From Octopus sinensis (Eukaryota): a stretch of DNA of 64,000 nt. This document shows positions 38,295 to 51,230 of the stretch, piece by piece. Location: NCBI RefSeq assembly GCF_006345805.1, contig NC_043021.1, forward strand, positions 19,964,001-20,028,000, in the 5' to 3' direction. The position numbers were made by a program, and so were the translations under genes. The notes beneath the pieces are model-generated. The model did not search any database and had not been told where the DNA came from. It saw only the letters and a list, made by a program, of their open reading frames with translations. Each line of letters begins with the position of its first letter. Position 1 is the first letter of the stretch.

Positions 38295-38903
38295 TCTTTT
38301 ACTTGTTTCAGTCATTCGACTGCGGCCATGCTGGAGCACCGCCTTTAATCGAGCAACTCGACTCCGGGACTTATTCTTTGTAAGCCCAGTACTTATTCTA
38401 TCAGTCTCTTTTGCCGAGCCGCTATGTAACGGGGACACAAACACACCAGCATCGGTTGTCAAGCAATGCTAGTGGGGGGGACAAACACACACACACACAC
38501 ACAAACATATATACGATAGGCTTCTTTCAGTTTCCGTCTACCAAATCCACTCACAAGGCATTGGTCGGCCCGGGGCTATAGCAGAAGACACTTGCCCAAG
38601 ATGCCACGCAGTTATTCTATCGGTCTCTTTTGCCGAACCGCTAAGTGATGGGGACGTAAACACACCAGCATCGGTTGTCAAGCAATGCCAGGGAGCGGGG
38701 GGGACAAACACACACACACACACAAACATATACATATATACGATAGGCTTCTTTCAGTTTCCGTCTACCAAATCCACTCACAAGGCATTGGTCGGCCTGG
38801 GGCTATAGCAGAAGACACTTGTCCAAGATGCCACGCAGTGGGACTGAACCCGGAACCATGTGGTTGGTAAGCAAGCTACTTACCACACAGCCACTCCTGC
38901 GTC
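38293..38903 (-). mobile_element. Family-A SINE with an internal ~220-bp tandem duplication
   Basis: The segment TTATTCTATC...GCCACGCAGT occurs twice, with the junction at ~38611. Confidence 0.82.
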
Positions 38904-39115
38904 TATATATATATATATAAAACTATAAATTAGGGTATCTGAGAGATACCACCATGCTGAAATAGCAGTCGAAGCCCTGACCAGCATGGTGGTAGCTCTC
39001 AGATACCCTAATTTATAGTTTTAAATAATTATTACCTTTGTATGGTATTTATTCCCACGCTGACCACTTGATAAGATCGATATTTAAATATCGATATTAT
39101 CCTTATTTATAAATT

Positions 39116-39189
<74 letters not shown>

Positions 39190-39219
39190 CATACACACAC
39201 GCACACACGTGAGTGGCAT

Positions 39220-39381
39220 AGGTGCAGGAATGGCTGTGTGGTAAGTAGCTTGCTTACCAATCACACAGTTTCAGGTTCAGTCCCACTGTGTAGCACCCTG
39301 GGCAAGTTTCTTCTACTATAGCCTCGGGCCGACCAAAGCCTTGTGAGTGGATTTGGTAGATGGAAACTGAAAGAAGCCTGT

Positions 39382-39433
<52 letters not shown>

Positions 39434-39605
39434 CACATAGGTATGTGTGTGTCTGTGTTCGTCCCCCGCAACCAATGCTGGTGTGTTTATGTCCTTGTAA
39501 CTTAGCAGTTCAACCAACAGGATAAGTACTAGACTTACAAAGAATAAGTCCTGGGGTTGATTTGTTCGACTAAAGCAGTGCTCCAGCATGGCTGCAGCCA
39601 AAAGA
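39220..39605 (+). mobile_element. Family-A SINE (inverted relative to 38293-38903)
   Basis: Head, (TA)n and tail recognisable. Confidence 0.8.
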
Positions 39606-41457
39606 ATATATATACACATACACGCATGTATATATATATAACTGTACTAAAAAATAATACATAAAACTAGAAGGCAGATGGGTGAGGAAACAACAATGTG
39701 TGTTAGTTTGACACTCAGGGAAAATGGAAAGGTCTTTGACATTTTGAGCCTATGCTCTTTGACCGAAAGGAATAAGGAAAGAAAACGGGAAGAGAGAGGA
39801 AATAAAACAGAGAAAATAAACGTGTCTGGTTTAATGGTTATATATGTATACATATACACATATAAGTGTGTGTATACATTTATGCATGTATACACACATA
39901 CATACTATTGCTGCGCATTGCAATGAACGGATGTCAAGTTATGTGACAAACCGGACGAATGTGTTCATTGGCTGAGCAGTCAAATTGCTTGATTGTTCTC
40001 CACACATGTGGCTATGTGAATATGAAGTCTGAAATTGAATCAGCCTGACACAGTATGATCATATGACAAAGATATGTAGAATTTCAGGCATCTGGTAGAT
40101 TTCTATAGAGTTTCCATCTAGCCAATTTTGCTCACAAGAATAGCGCCAAGCCTTGGCCAAAGTTGCATCAAAACAGGCTTCTACCTGACACCGGAACCCT
40201 TCAGCAGCTAAACAGGTCACATCCAGCGCAAATATTCTTATTTCTTTACTGCTCACAAGGGGCTACACACAGAGGGTCAAACAAGGACAGACAAATAGAT
40301 TAAGTCGATTATATCGACCCCAGTGCGTAACTGGTACTTATTTAATCGACCCCAAAAGGATGAAAGGCAAAGTCGACCTCGGTGGAATTTGAACTCAGAA
40401 CATTCGAGCGAGGTATTTGCCAGTGCCGCTGGACTGGCTCCTGTGCAGGTGGCACATAAAAAGCACCATTTGAGTGTGCCCATTGCCAGTACCGCCTGAC
40501 TGGCCCCCGTGCTGGTGGCATGTAAAAGCACCCACTACACTCTCGGAGTGGTTGGCGTTAGGAAGGGCATCCAGCTGTAGAAACTCTGCCAGATCAGATT
40601 GGAGCCTGGTGCAGCCATCTGGTTTGCCAGTCCTCAGTCAAATTGTCCAACCCATGCCAGCATGGAAAGCAGACGTTAAACGATGATGATGATGAATGTG
40701 AGTAGATAAGAATTACATTTGTCAGAATAATCTGAATGCTAATGGGTTAAAGTAGGATTGAGGGACAGAAACAAGTGTCTTGCTTTAGAGAAGATACATG
40801 GAAGAGGGAGAGAGAGAGAGAGATGGCGAGGAAGGTTCATGAGGCAGACAGAGAGCTGGACAGGGTGAGTGGGGAGGCAAGTGCACAAGAGTGCGAAGAG
40901 GAGAGAGACATAGAAAGAAATGCTGAAAGGGAGGATTACAAAAGGTTGAATCTTGTGGCAAAAGGAGAGGACAAAGGATTGCAAACGAATGTAAGTTGTT
41001 GTGCTGGAAAAAAACCTGTCCGACTCACGCAAGCATGGAGAAGCAGACACAAAATAAATGATAAAGACAATGCGTGGATGTGCATATAAAGAGAGATTAC
41101 GAATAATTACTTGCATCTTTCTTTACAACAGAAATGAATGAATCCATATAAATATATATAAATGCATTTACAGACAAAGAAAACCCCCATTTTAAAATGC
41201 TTCCAAACAAAAGAATGATGAGCATAGTCCAGAATCTATTGAACTGAAATCAATAAACCATCTTTAAGCCTATTCACCGTCCACCCACTCACCCCATTTA
41301 TCTGTCTCTATGAAACTGTAAATGCTAAAGAGATACCAAAGAAAAGAAATCAATCACCCTTTGACTGACATTAAACGTGTGAGTGAATATATGGTAACTT
41401 GAATACAGGCATTATGAAACATAAATATAGGCACACACACACGTTAATACACATGTG

Positions 41458-42117
41458 AACGAGGGGTTGCTGAAAAGTTCCTTGCTTTAAGGGTATCGTG
41501 AAAGGCCTGGTTGGAGATCCAACCTTTTGAGTTCTTTTACAGGGCTTAGAAAAACTGAAGGACTGCCGCAATAAGTGTGTGAATCTGAGAGTGGACTCTC
41601 TCTTTTACTCTTTTACTTGTTTCAGTCATTTGACTGCGGCCATGCTGGAGCACCGCCTTTAGTCGAGCAAATCGACCCCGGGACTTATTCTTTGTAAGCC
41701 CAGTACTTATTCTATTTTTTTCTCTTTTTGCCAAACCGCTAAGTAACGGGGACATAAACACACCAGCATCGGTTGTCAAGCAATGCTAGGGGACAAACAC
41801 AGACACATCATCATCATCATCGTTTAACGTCCGCTTTCCATGCTAGCATATATACATATATACATACATATATACGACAGGCTTCTTTCAGTTTCCGTCT
41901 ACCAAATCCACTCACAAGGCATTGGTCGGCCTGGGGCTATAGCAGAAGACACTTGCCCAAGATGCCACGCAGTGGGACTGAACCCGGAACCATGTGGTTG
42001 GTTAGCAAGCTACTTACCACACAGCCACTCCTGCGCCTATGTTAAATAAAATCATAATTAATTGATCCTCCTGTATTTTCTTTTACCCAAAGCCAGGAAC
42101 TTTTTAGCATCCCCTTG
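41458..42117. mobile_element. Mariner-type MITE split by a family-A SINE (~41600-42040, minus)
   Basis: Left TIR ACGAGGGGTTGCTGAAAAGTTCC, right TIR GGAACTTTTTAGCATCCCCTTG; internal sequence matches 3082-3307. Confidence 0.75.
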
Positions 42118-42139
42118 AACACACACACACACATTTATA

Positions 42140-42287
42140 TATGAGGGGTTGCTGAAAAGTTCCTGGCTCTAAGGAGGATCAGTAAATTATGATTTTCGAA
42201 GCCCTGTAAAAGAACTCGGAAGGTTGGACCTCCAACCAGACCTTTTGCAATACCCTCAAAGCCAGGAACTTTTCAGTAACCCCTCAA
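42140..42287. mobile_element. Short mariner-type MITE
   Basis: TGAGGGGTTGCTGAAAAGTTCCTGGCT ... AGCCAGGAACTTTTCAGTAACCCCTCA. Confidence 0.78.
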
Positions 42288-42631
42288 ATATATATATTCT
42301 TTTATTTTTTTACTTGTCTCAGTTACTTGACTATTGCCATGCTGGAGCACCGCCTTCAGGGGTTTTAGTCAAACAAATCGGATCCCCCCACCAGACTTTT
42401 TTTTTAATGCTCAGTACTTATTCTATCAGTACCTTTTTGCTGAACTGCTAAGTTACAGGGACCTAAACACACCAACAGTGGCTGTCAAACAGACACATAG
42501 ATATATACATGTATACACGATGGGCTTCTTTCAGTTTTGTCTACCAAATGCACTCACGAAGCTATAGTAGAAGACACTTGCACAAGGTGCCATGCAGTGG
42601 ATGCGAAGCAAGCTTCTTACCACCCACCCAC

Positions 42632-42677
<46 letters not shown>

Positions 42678-43314
42678 AACCCATGCTAGCATGGAAAACG
42701 GACGTTAAACGATGATGATGATGATGATATATATTATTTCGTCTGTCTTTACGTTCTGAGTTCAAATTCCGCCAAGGTCGACAAATTAAGTACCAGTTGC
42801 ATACTGGGGTGAATCTAATCGACTGGCCCCCTCCCACAAAATTTCGGACCTTGTACCTAGAGTAGAAAAGATATGTATATATATGTATGTATGTATATAT
42901 ATGTATGTATGTGTGTGTATATATATATATATATTATATATATATATATATATATAATATATAATTATATATATATTATTTCGTCTGTCTTTACGTTCTG
43001 AGTTAAAATTCCGCCAAGGTCGAATTTTCCTCTTCATCCTTTCGGGGTCGATAAATTAAGTACCAGTTGCGTACTGGGCTGAATCTAATCGACTGGCCCC
43101 CTCCCCCAAAATTCCGGGCCTTGTGCCTAGAGTAGAAAATATATATGTATGTATGTATGTATATATATATATGTATGTATGTATATATTATATATATGTG
43201 TATGTATATATATATATATGTGTATGTATATATATGCATGTATATATATGTATGTATATATTATGTATGTATATATATATATATACACATGTATGTATGT
43301 GTGTATATATATAT

Positions 43315-43354
<40 letters not shown>

Positions 43355-43854
43355 ATTGTTCCTTGCGAGGGTCATTATGCCAATATAAATATATGTTCTA
43401 ACAAACTTTTATTCTTCTACATTTTTCAGTTGTCTAACTGCAGCCATGCTGGAGCACTATCGGCAAAGTATTTAGTCAAAAACTCATCTACCAACTAGTT
43501 CTTAAATCAGTGTAATATTTTACTTCATCTAACCGTATTTACCAAATTGTAAAGTTAATGGGGGAGAGAAGGAACCCACGCAACATAAACAACAACACCA
43601 CCAGTCTATGGAGCAATGTAAACAAAAAGCCAGACACAGGTGCAATGCGCCGTGAAGTGGGCCAGGAGCCAGAACTACATGGTGTGAAGTGAAATTCATA
43701 ATTTTGCAGCAAAATCTGTGTGAATGTGTGTGTGTGAGTGAGTGATCATCATTAACATTCGTTTTCCATGCTGGCATGGGTTGGAAGGTTTTGACAAGAG
43801 CTGCACCAGACTCCAGAGTGATTTGGCATGGTATATATATCTATATCTATCTAT

Positions 43855-44265
43855 CATACTCTACGGAGAGCTTCCTAGGGGTACTAGGTCTGTGAGTGGA
43901 CCATTCTTACGTTACAAGGATGTTTGCAAAAGGGACATGAAAGCCTGCAACATCAATATTAGCAGTTGGGAGGCAGTTGCCAGCAACCGTGGAGACTGGC
44001 GACGTACCGTAAAAGAGGGAATACAAAGAAGTGACAGAGAGAGAGAGGAGAAATGGAAAGACAAGAAAAGACGTCAACAAGAAACTATGGCATTACAACC
44101 AGCCAGGAACAGTCTTCGCTACATTTGCGGTACCTGCCAGAGGGAGTGTTTGTCCAGGATAGGACTACACAGCCACAGCAGGAAATGTATCAGGACATGA
44201 AATGTAAAAGCCGGACTGGACTATTTTATGTGCAACTCCATTGTCTCCTGAGACAAAAAGGATGC

Positions 44266-44275
<10 letters not shown>
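43855..44275 (+). mobile_element. 5'-truncated RTE (BovB-like) LINE: ORF C-terminus with C..C.R.C.SRIGL.SH.R.C motif and (CAA)n tail
   Basis: ILYGEL..G.R..GP.LRYKDVCKRDMK, W...A.NR..WR; 3' end CTCCATTGTCTCCTGAGACAAAAAGGATGCCAACAACAA. Confidence 0.88.
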
Positions 44276-44296
<21 letters not shown>

Positions 44297-44779
44297 ATTA
44301 GGATTCAGTAAAATAATTTACTTTACCACACACCGAACTTTTAGAGATAGCAGCAAAAATTTTTAGCTTTTTCCTCGCTAAAATTTTTTGGCTGCTATTT
44401 CTAAAAGTTCGGTATGTGGTAAAGTAAATTATTTTACTGAACCCTAATTATATAAAGCAATATTTTAAATATACCATAAATGGTCTTTTTACATACTGAA
44501 CACTACTTGGTAAAATTGATAATTAATAATTAATTAATTTTACCCTTTTATTATTGACAATATATATATATATATATGGGCATGGCTGTGTGGTTAGGGA
44601 GCTTGCTTCCTAGCTACATGGCTTCGGGTTCAGTCCCACTGTGTGGCACTTTGGTTAGGTGTCTTCCGCTATAGCCCCGAGCTGACCGAAGCTTTGTAAT
44701 TGAATTCGGTAGGTGGATGTTACTGCCGTGTGTGCGTATAGCTGCTCAGTGCCTCTCCGAAAGCGAGAGAGGGATATAC

Positions 44780-44962
44780 ACACACACACGCATGAGTAAG
44801 CACATAAATGCAAAACAAGGAGGGTAAAAATAGTACTCAAATACCCGAGGTAGAGTAATATGCTTTTTTTCTATTATCAAAGCTGCAAAACATCACAAAA
44901 AAACTGCTACCCAGAATTTCACATTCCCGATCAAGAAGCTTGTAGCTTTAATAATAAAAGAA

Positions 44963-45003
<41 letters not shown>

Positions 45004-45604
45004 GGAGTAAACACATAAATGTGAAACAAGGTGGAAAAATAGCACTCAAATACCAGAGGTAGAGTAATATGCTTTATCTAAAAGCAGCAGAAATATAACA
45101 AAAGCTGTTACTCGGAGTTTCACGTTCCCGTTCGTTGGGACAGTTTTTTTTTTTAACAAAACTGTCTGACGAACGGGAACATGAAACTCTGAGTAACAGC
45201 TTTTGTTATATTTCTGCTGCTTTTAAATAAAGTATATATATATATAAAAAATAAGGGTGAAAAAATTGGATATTAATTTAATAACATCAATTTAACACCA
45301 AGTGGTTTAGCGCATAAAAACTGGGATACAGTAAAAATTAATATAGTTGTGCTAATTCTCCTTTGGGAACAATTCTTGGTGGTTGAGACCATTGCGGATC
45401 TATTTTTAGCGGAAGAGCGTCCACATAGTGGACCCTCTCTTATATTTGTATATATATATATATATATATATACGGAGTAAACACATAAATGTGAAACAAG
45501 GTGGAAAAAAAGAGTACTCAAATACCAGAGGTAGAGTAATATGCTTTATTTAAAGCAGCAGAAAATTCAACAAAACAGGTTTTGTTGAATTTCTGCTGCT
45601 TTAA

Positions 45605-45605
<1 letters not shown>
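44780..45605. mobile_element. Cluster of (TA)n-flanked Penelope-like non-autonomous foldback elements
   Basis: Three copies start GGAGTAAACACATAAATGTGAAACAAGG (approx. 44790, 45003, 45474). Each ends in an inverted repeat and is bounded by (TA)n. Confidence 0.6.
45155..45206 (+). ncRNA. Minimal type I hammerhead ribozyme motif (one stem II mismatch)
   Basis: Stem I CTGT(45162-65)/ACAG(45196-99); core CTGACGA 45166-72; stem II ACG-GGAA-CAT; GAAA; palindromic stem III ACTC-T-GAGT; GUA cleavage triplet ending 45195. Confidence 0.65.
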
Positions 45606-45654
<49 letters not shown>

Positions 45655-45861
45655 TCATTTAGCATCCGCTTTCCATGCTGGCATGGGTTAGACAGTTTGA
45701 CTAGAACTGGTAAGCCAGAGAGCTGCACCAGGTTCCAGCTTGATTTGGCATGATTTCAACCACTCCAAGAGCGTAGGAGGTTCCCTTTACATGTCACCAG
45801 CAGCAGACACAACTACAATTTCACTTGGCTTGACTATGCGTGTGTATATATATACATACAT

Positions 45862-46295
45862 AATCAAAACCAAAATCGTAATCGTTCAACACCAATGGAA
45901 TTTGTAGCTGTGATACCAGTGCTCGTGGCACGTAAGAGAACCATCTGAACGTGGCCGTAGCCAGCGCCGCCCTGACTGGCCTCTGTGCTGGTGGCACGTA
46001 AAAAGCACCATCCGACCGTGGCGGTTGCCAGCCTCGTCTGGTCCCCGTGCCGGTGGCACATGAAAAGCACCATCCGATCGTGGCCGTTTGCCAAACTCTC
46101 CTGGCACCTGTGCCGGTGACACGTAAAAAGCACCCACTACACTCTCGGGGTGGTTGGCGTTAGGAAGGACATGCAGCTGTAGAAACATTGCCAGATCAGA
46201 CTGGAGCCTGGTGCAGCCTCCTGGGTTCCCTGACCCCGGTCGAACCGTCCAACCCATGCTAGCATGGAGAACGGACGTTAAACGATAATGATGAT
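45862..46295 (+). mobile_element. Family-R RTE 3' UTR
   Basis: Internal GTGCC..GGCAC units; (GAT)n-like tail. Confidence 0.78.
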
Positions 46296-46378
46296 GAGAC
46301 ACACACACTTGGTTGAATCCTCTTTTATAATTCCTGACAACTACAACTACTACTGTTGCTGCTGCACCTACTGCTACT

Positions 46379-46410
<32 letters not shown>

Positions 46411-46966
46411 GCGCACACATATGTAGGAAAGTTCTTGAATCTAAGGACAAGAAAGCTAGAAATTCAAACAGCACCCATATATTGTGTTCAAGATAACATT
46501 GGAGTAAAAAGTTATATTTTACAGATTTTTTAGCAATGAATCTCAACTTGTTATCCTCATCATTTTAATACTCACTTTGCTATGCTTGCATCGGTTGGGC
46601 AGAATTTCTATGGCTGTATATCTTGCCTATTGCCCTGCAAGCTAAATTTCCTGGTCGTCAGACATTTTCCCGCAGAATATTAGAAATGAACGACACTGCT
46701 TGTATAACAGTGACACTCATTTACGATTATGCGATGACAAAAAATACAAACACACACACACATGCATACAAGCTTCCACAATTACCACCTATCAAATGAA
46801 CTCACAAGGTTTTGGTTGGCCTGAGGGCTATAGCAGAAGACACACTCGAGGTGCCATGCAGTGGGACTGATCCCGGAACCATGCGACTGGGAAGATAGTT
46901 TCTAACGACACAGCCATACCTTTAAATGAATTAATATATATCAAACAGACCCTGCTATTGAACTAT

Positions 46967-47136
46967 AGGCGTAGGAGTCTCTGTGTGGTAAGTAGCTTGT
47001 TTACCAACCATATGGTTCCGGGTTCAGTCCCACTGCATGGCACCTTGGGCAAGTGTCTTCTACTATAGCCTCGGGCCGACCAAAGCCTTGTGAGTGGATT
47101 TGGTAGACGGAAACTGAAAGAAGCCCGTCGTATATA

Positions 47137-47178
<42 letters not shown>

Positions 47179-47420
47179 TGTGGTGTGTGTGTGTGTGCGT
47201 GTATGTTTGTGTGTCTGTGTTTATCCCCCCAACATTGCTTGACAACCGATGCTGGTGTGTTTATGGCCCCGTCACTTAGCGGTTAGGCAAAAAGAGACCG
47301 ATAGAATAAGTACTGGGCTTACAAAGAATAAGTCCCGGGGTCGAGTTGCTCGATTAAAGGCGGTGCTCCAGCATGGCCACAGTCAAATGACTGAAACAAG
47401 TAAAAGAGTAAAGAGTAAAG
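46967..47420 (+). mobile_element. Full-length family-A SINE
   Basis: Complete head, body and tail. Confidence 0.88.
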
Positions 47421-47794
47421 AGATATTGATTTGAGAAGTAATTTCAACCACACACCCTCATGTATGTATGCATAGGGTGAACAGACTGAGTTGTCAATAA
47501 AGAAGCTAGAATACCTTGTGATATTTATTCCAACACACTGTACTCTGAAGTCAAATTTGTCTTTCAGCATGTTGGGGTTGGACTGGTGCAATTATTAGGC
47601 CATCATTTGCAGTATCTATTCTGCCTTTTAGAGTTCTTGTTGTTAGCAATGCCTTGATGTCATAGATGCCAAAGTGCATAGGCCTTCGCCTATCCTTTAG
47701 GCAACTTGGAAAGGAATTTTCCAAGTGCACATCCACAGTATCACAAAACATTCCAAGGCCCCATCCAGATATTCTGAGTAGAAAAGTTGCACAC

Positions 47795-48017
47795 CTATTT
47801 CTTTACTGCCCACGAGGGGTTAAACACAGAGAGGACAAAACAAACGGATTAAGTCGATTATATCGATCCCAGTGCGTAACTGGTACTTATTTAATCGACC
47901 CCGAAAGGATGAAAGGCAAAGTCGACCTCGGCGGAATTTGAACTCTGAACGTAGCGGCAGACGAAATACTGCTAAGCATTTCACCTGGCATGCTAACGTT
48001 TCTGCCAGCTCGCCGCC
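47795..48017 (-). mobile_element. Full-length monomeric family-B SINE
   Basis: Head AGGCGGCGAGCTGGCAGAAACGTTAGC to tail CCCCTCGTGGGCAGTAAAGAAATAGG. Confidence 0.85.
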
Positions 48018-48353
48018 TTTAGTTGCACACCATCAACCTCACTCTTTTGATCACAATCATTTTGAATCCAGTGACAAGACCACATCAAGACGACTGGGGA
48101 TGGAGACAGATGCAGAGGATGACCAAGAATTTGGACTTGCTTCATCTTGCTCTCTGCTCCCCACAATGCATTGCTGCAGTTGCCGTCCTCTCTGTTGGAC
48201 CATAAAGGTTTCCTTTGCAAAGTCTGCTGGATCCAGTCTTCATATGCATAGGTAGGCAAGCCCTAATATGCTAACCCTTAGATGGGATCCTGCCAGGTGC
48301 TACTATCTCATTCAGGGTAGACATGGGGACAACAGTGGCTGAAAAGTGATTCT

Positions 48354-48906
48354 ATTGGGTTGTCTGGAAAGTTCGTGCCGATTTTTAAAGGAAAGAAAAA
48401 GGTCAACAAATACTTGCCATTACATTTTTAATCAACCAAATATGAACCATTTTGTTGCGCAAAGCGTCTCTATCTTTCCTTTAACTTGAAAATACCCTCT
48501 TCCCAGAATTGAGGTGGTTTCATAGCAAAGAATTCATCAAGGTATCTTTTTACGTCATCCAAGGAATTGAAATTTTTACCATTAAGACTATTCTGCAGAG
48601 ACCTGAATAAGTGGAAATGCGAAGGAGCAATACCTGGTGAATATGGAGGGTGGGGTAACACATCCCAGCCAAGCTGCAGCAATTTTTGTCTAGTTCCCAA
48701 AGCATCAAGTGCCGAAAATGAAGTTTCTTATCTTCCATTTTAAAAGGTTACAGAATTAACATAGGTTATAGGAACATAAACCTTCTTCTACGAAAAGATA
48801 GCTTAAACTGTGCTCTAAATGGAGGTATAGTCAAATCCTATTTTATGGACTCAAACATGTTCTAAAATAAGTTGAAAGGTAAGCTACTATAAATCGGTAT
48901 AAACTT
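48354..48906 (-). mobile_element. Internally deleted mariner element
   Basis: N-terminal MEDKKLHFRHLML fused to C-terminal WDVLPHPPYSPGIAPSHFHLFRSLQN..; TIR TATTGGGTTGTCTGGAAAGTTCGTGCCGATTT at the left, partial TIR at the right. Confidence 0.8.
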
Positions 48907-51155
48907 GTATATATGTAGGTATGTACGTATATGCATGCATATATATATAGATAGGTATGCTAGTGGAAACCAAAATTCTCTAGAATCAATATTTCTATCA
49001 GTGTGTGTGTAATTCTGAACAATACTGTTAATCACCAGGTATCACTGTATAATTTTGAATAGTATTTAACGAGCCACTAGCAGAACCAAGACTACATTCT
49101 TCAGCCTGCTAGAAATAGCAGCCAAATGTCTTTCGAATACCTTGTTGCTGTCTTATTTAAAAGAAAACCACATTGAATAATATAATTGTTTAACTGAGGT
49201 TGACTTTGATGAAGACATCTCAGCCATGACCACCCCATCTTTCATAAACTATAAAGTAGCTAAGGCTGTTGAATGTACATATCGCACTGCTTTTTTTTTC
49301 TTTTTTCTTTTACTTGTTTCAGTCATTTGACAGTGGCCATACTGGAGCACCACCTTAAAGGATGTTAGTCAAAGAAATTGACCCCAGAATTTATGCTTTG
49401 TAAGACTGGTACTTATTCTATCGATCGCTTTTGCCGAACCGCTAAGTTATGGGGACATAAACACACCAGCATCGGTTGTCAGGTGATGGTGGATGTGGGA
49501 GGGAAACACACACATATAAATATATGCATACACACGATGGGCTTCTTTCACTTCACACACACATACACATATATATATATATATATACATACACGATGGG
49601 CTTCTTTCAATCTCCGCCTACCAAATCCACTCACAAGGCTTTGGTCGGCCCGAGGCCATAGAAGACACTTGTTGAAGGTGTCACGCAGTGGGACTGAACC
49701 CGGAACCATGTGGTTGGAATGGTGTGAGTTGAATAAGATGTCTGCTGTTTTTTTAACAGGTTAGATAATGCACTCCTAGATGCACTTTGCCTCATAAGAA
49801 TGACGAAAGGGTGGCCATGGGTGGAATGCCTTTGATCATAAACTGTTCACTTATGTCAGTCGTGGCTCTAAACAACGAATTTCTTCGCCAAAATTCCTGC
49901 CCATCGATCGAATTCATAACTTCACTTATCGATCATCACGTAACCAATTTTAGAGAGACACACCTAATTATGCAATGTTGCTACCAGGAATCGTCCGCAT
50001 ACTGGTGAATATACGGTATATGGAGTTGAGCAATAGATTCACTTTTAGCTTATTTCTGTATTTTAAAAGCTACATAAGCAAAAGTCAAAATTCATATTGA
50101 CTTATTGACGCAACGAATATAGAAAAATAAAATCGATATTCTTTCCAGTCGTCGGGGTATATAATACGGATGTCTGCGAAATGATGTATTAGATGAACAT
50201 ACCCATTGCATAAGATTAAAACGAAAACGTTTAATCAAAGATTTAAGTAGCAAAATCGATGTCTTGAATGATAAAACAAAATCCAAATATGTGTCTAGCT
50301 AACCAAACACGAAAGAAATTAAAGATACATAATGTTAGAATTCTCCCCTGAAAATCATCCATATATTGGTAAATATCCCAAGCAATGAACAGAAAAGAAA
50401 AGAACATATATATATATATATATATGGCTTCTACTATTGAAAGCTAAATTGTTATCGATCACTTGATGCAATGACTATAAAAAATATAATCGTTAATTAT
50501 TTCATTAGCAAAAAAAAAAAGGGGGATGATAAGAAAAGGGGCTGGGAAGGAAGGAAGGACTATCTTAAAGATTAGAGACAGACAGTATGTGAATATATAT
50601 ATAAGGAATTTTGTCGATATATATTTTGAAATAGATTTTTTTTTATTTGTATAGTAGAAAACACCTGAAATGCATAAGTTTGGGGTTCGCTTGCTGGGTC
50701 TTTTTTCTTCCAGTTTTTGCAATATAATTAGAAATAAGAGTAGACACAAATACTGGGTGAAATATTTGGTGTCCGTGCATACGTGTTGCCTGCTCGTCCG
50801 TTGGTGTTAATGCCACGAGACTAATAGAGACAGAATCTAATGGTAAAACTGTTTTTATTCAATATATATATTATTTAAAAAAATAAAAAGGTAAAAGAAA
50901 TTAAAAGCCCAGACACAATAAACAAACAATACGGCCAGCACAAACACGTTCGACCTGTCCATCGTCCAATTCGTAATAGCAGCGATCAAAGATCGTGATT
51001 GTCTTGAAATGTATGTATTCAACGGAAATCGATGCCCATTCAAGACACACAAGACCAAAAAGAAAAAAGAAAATTCCATCTCATCAGTTAATGGTCGAGC
51101 AAACGCTGCGACATCATTTCGGACAGTTAAACACACACACACGCATATATATGTG

Positions 51156-51230
<75 letters not shown>

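Noticed and set aside
47440-48330. Non-repeat-looking segments with 60-127-aa ORFs
   Set aside because: No recognisable domain or coherent splice signals; possibly very old LINE debris split by a SINE.
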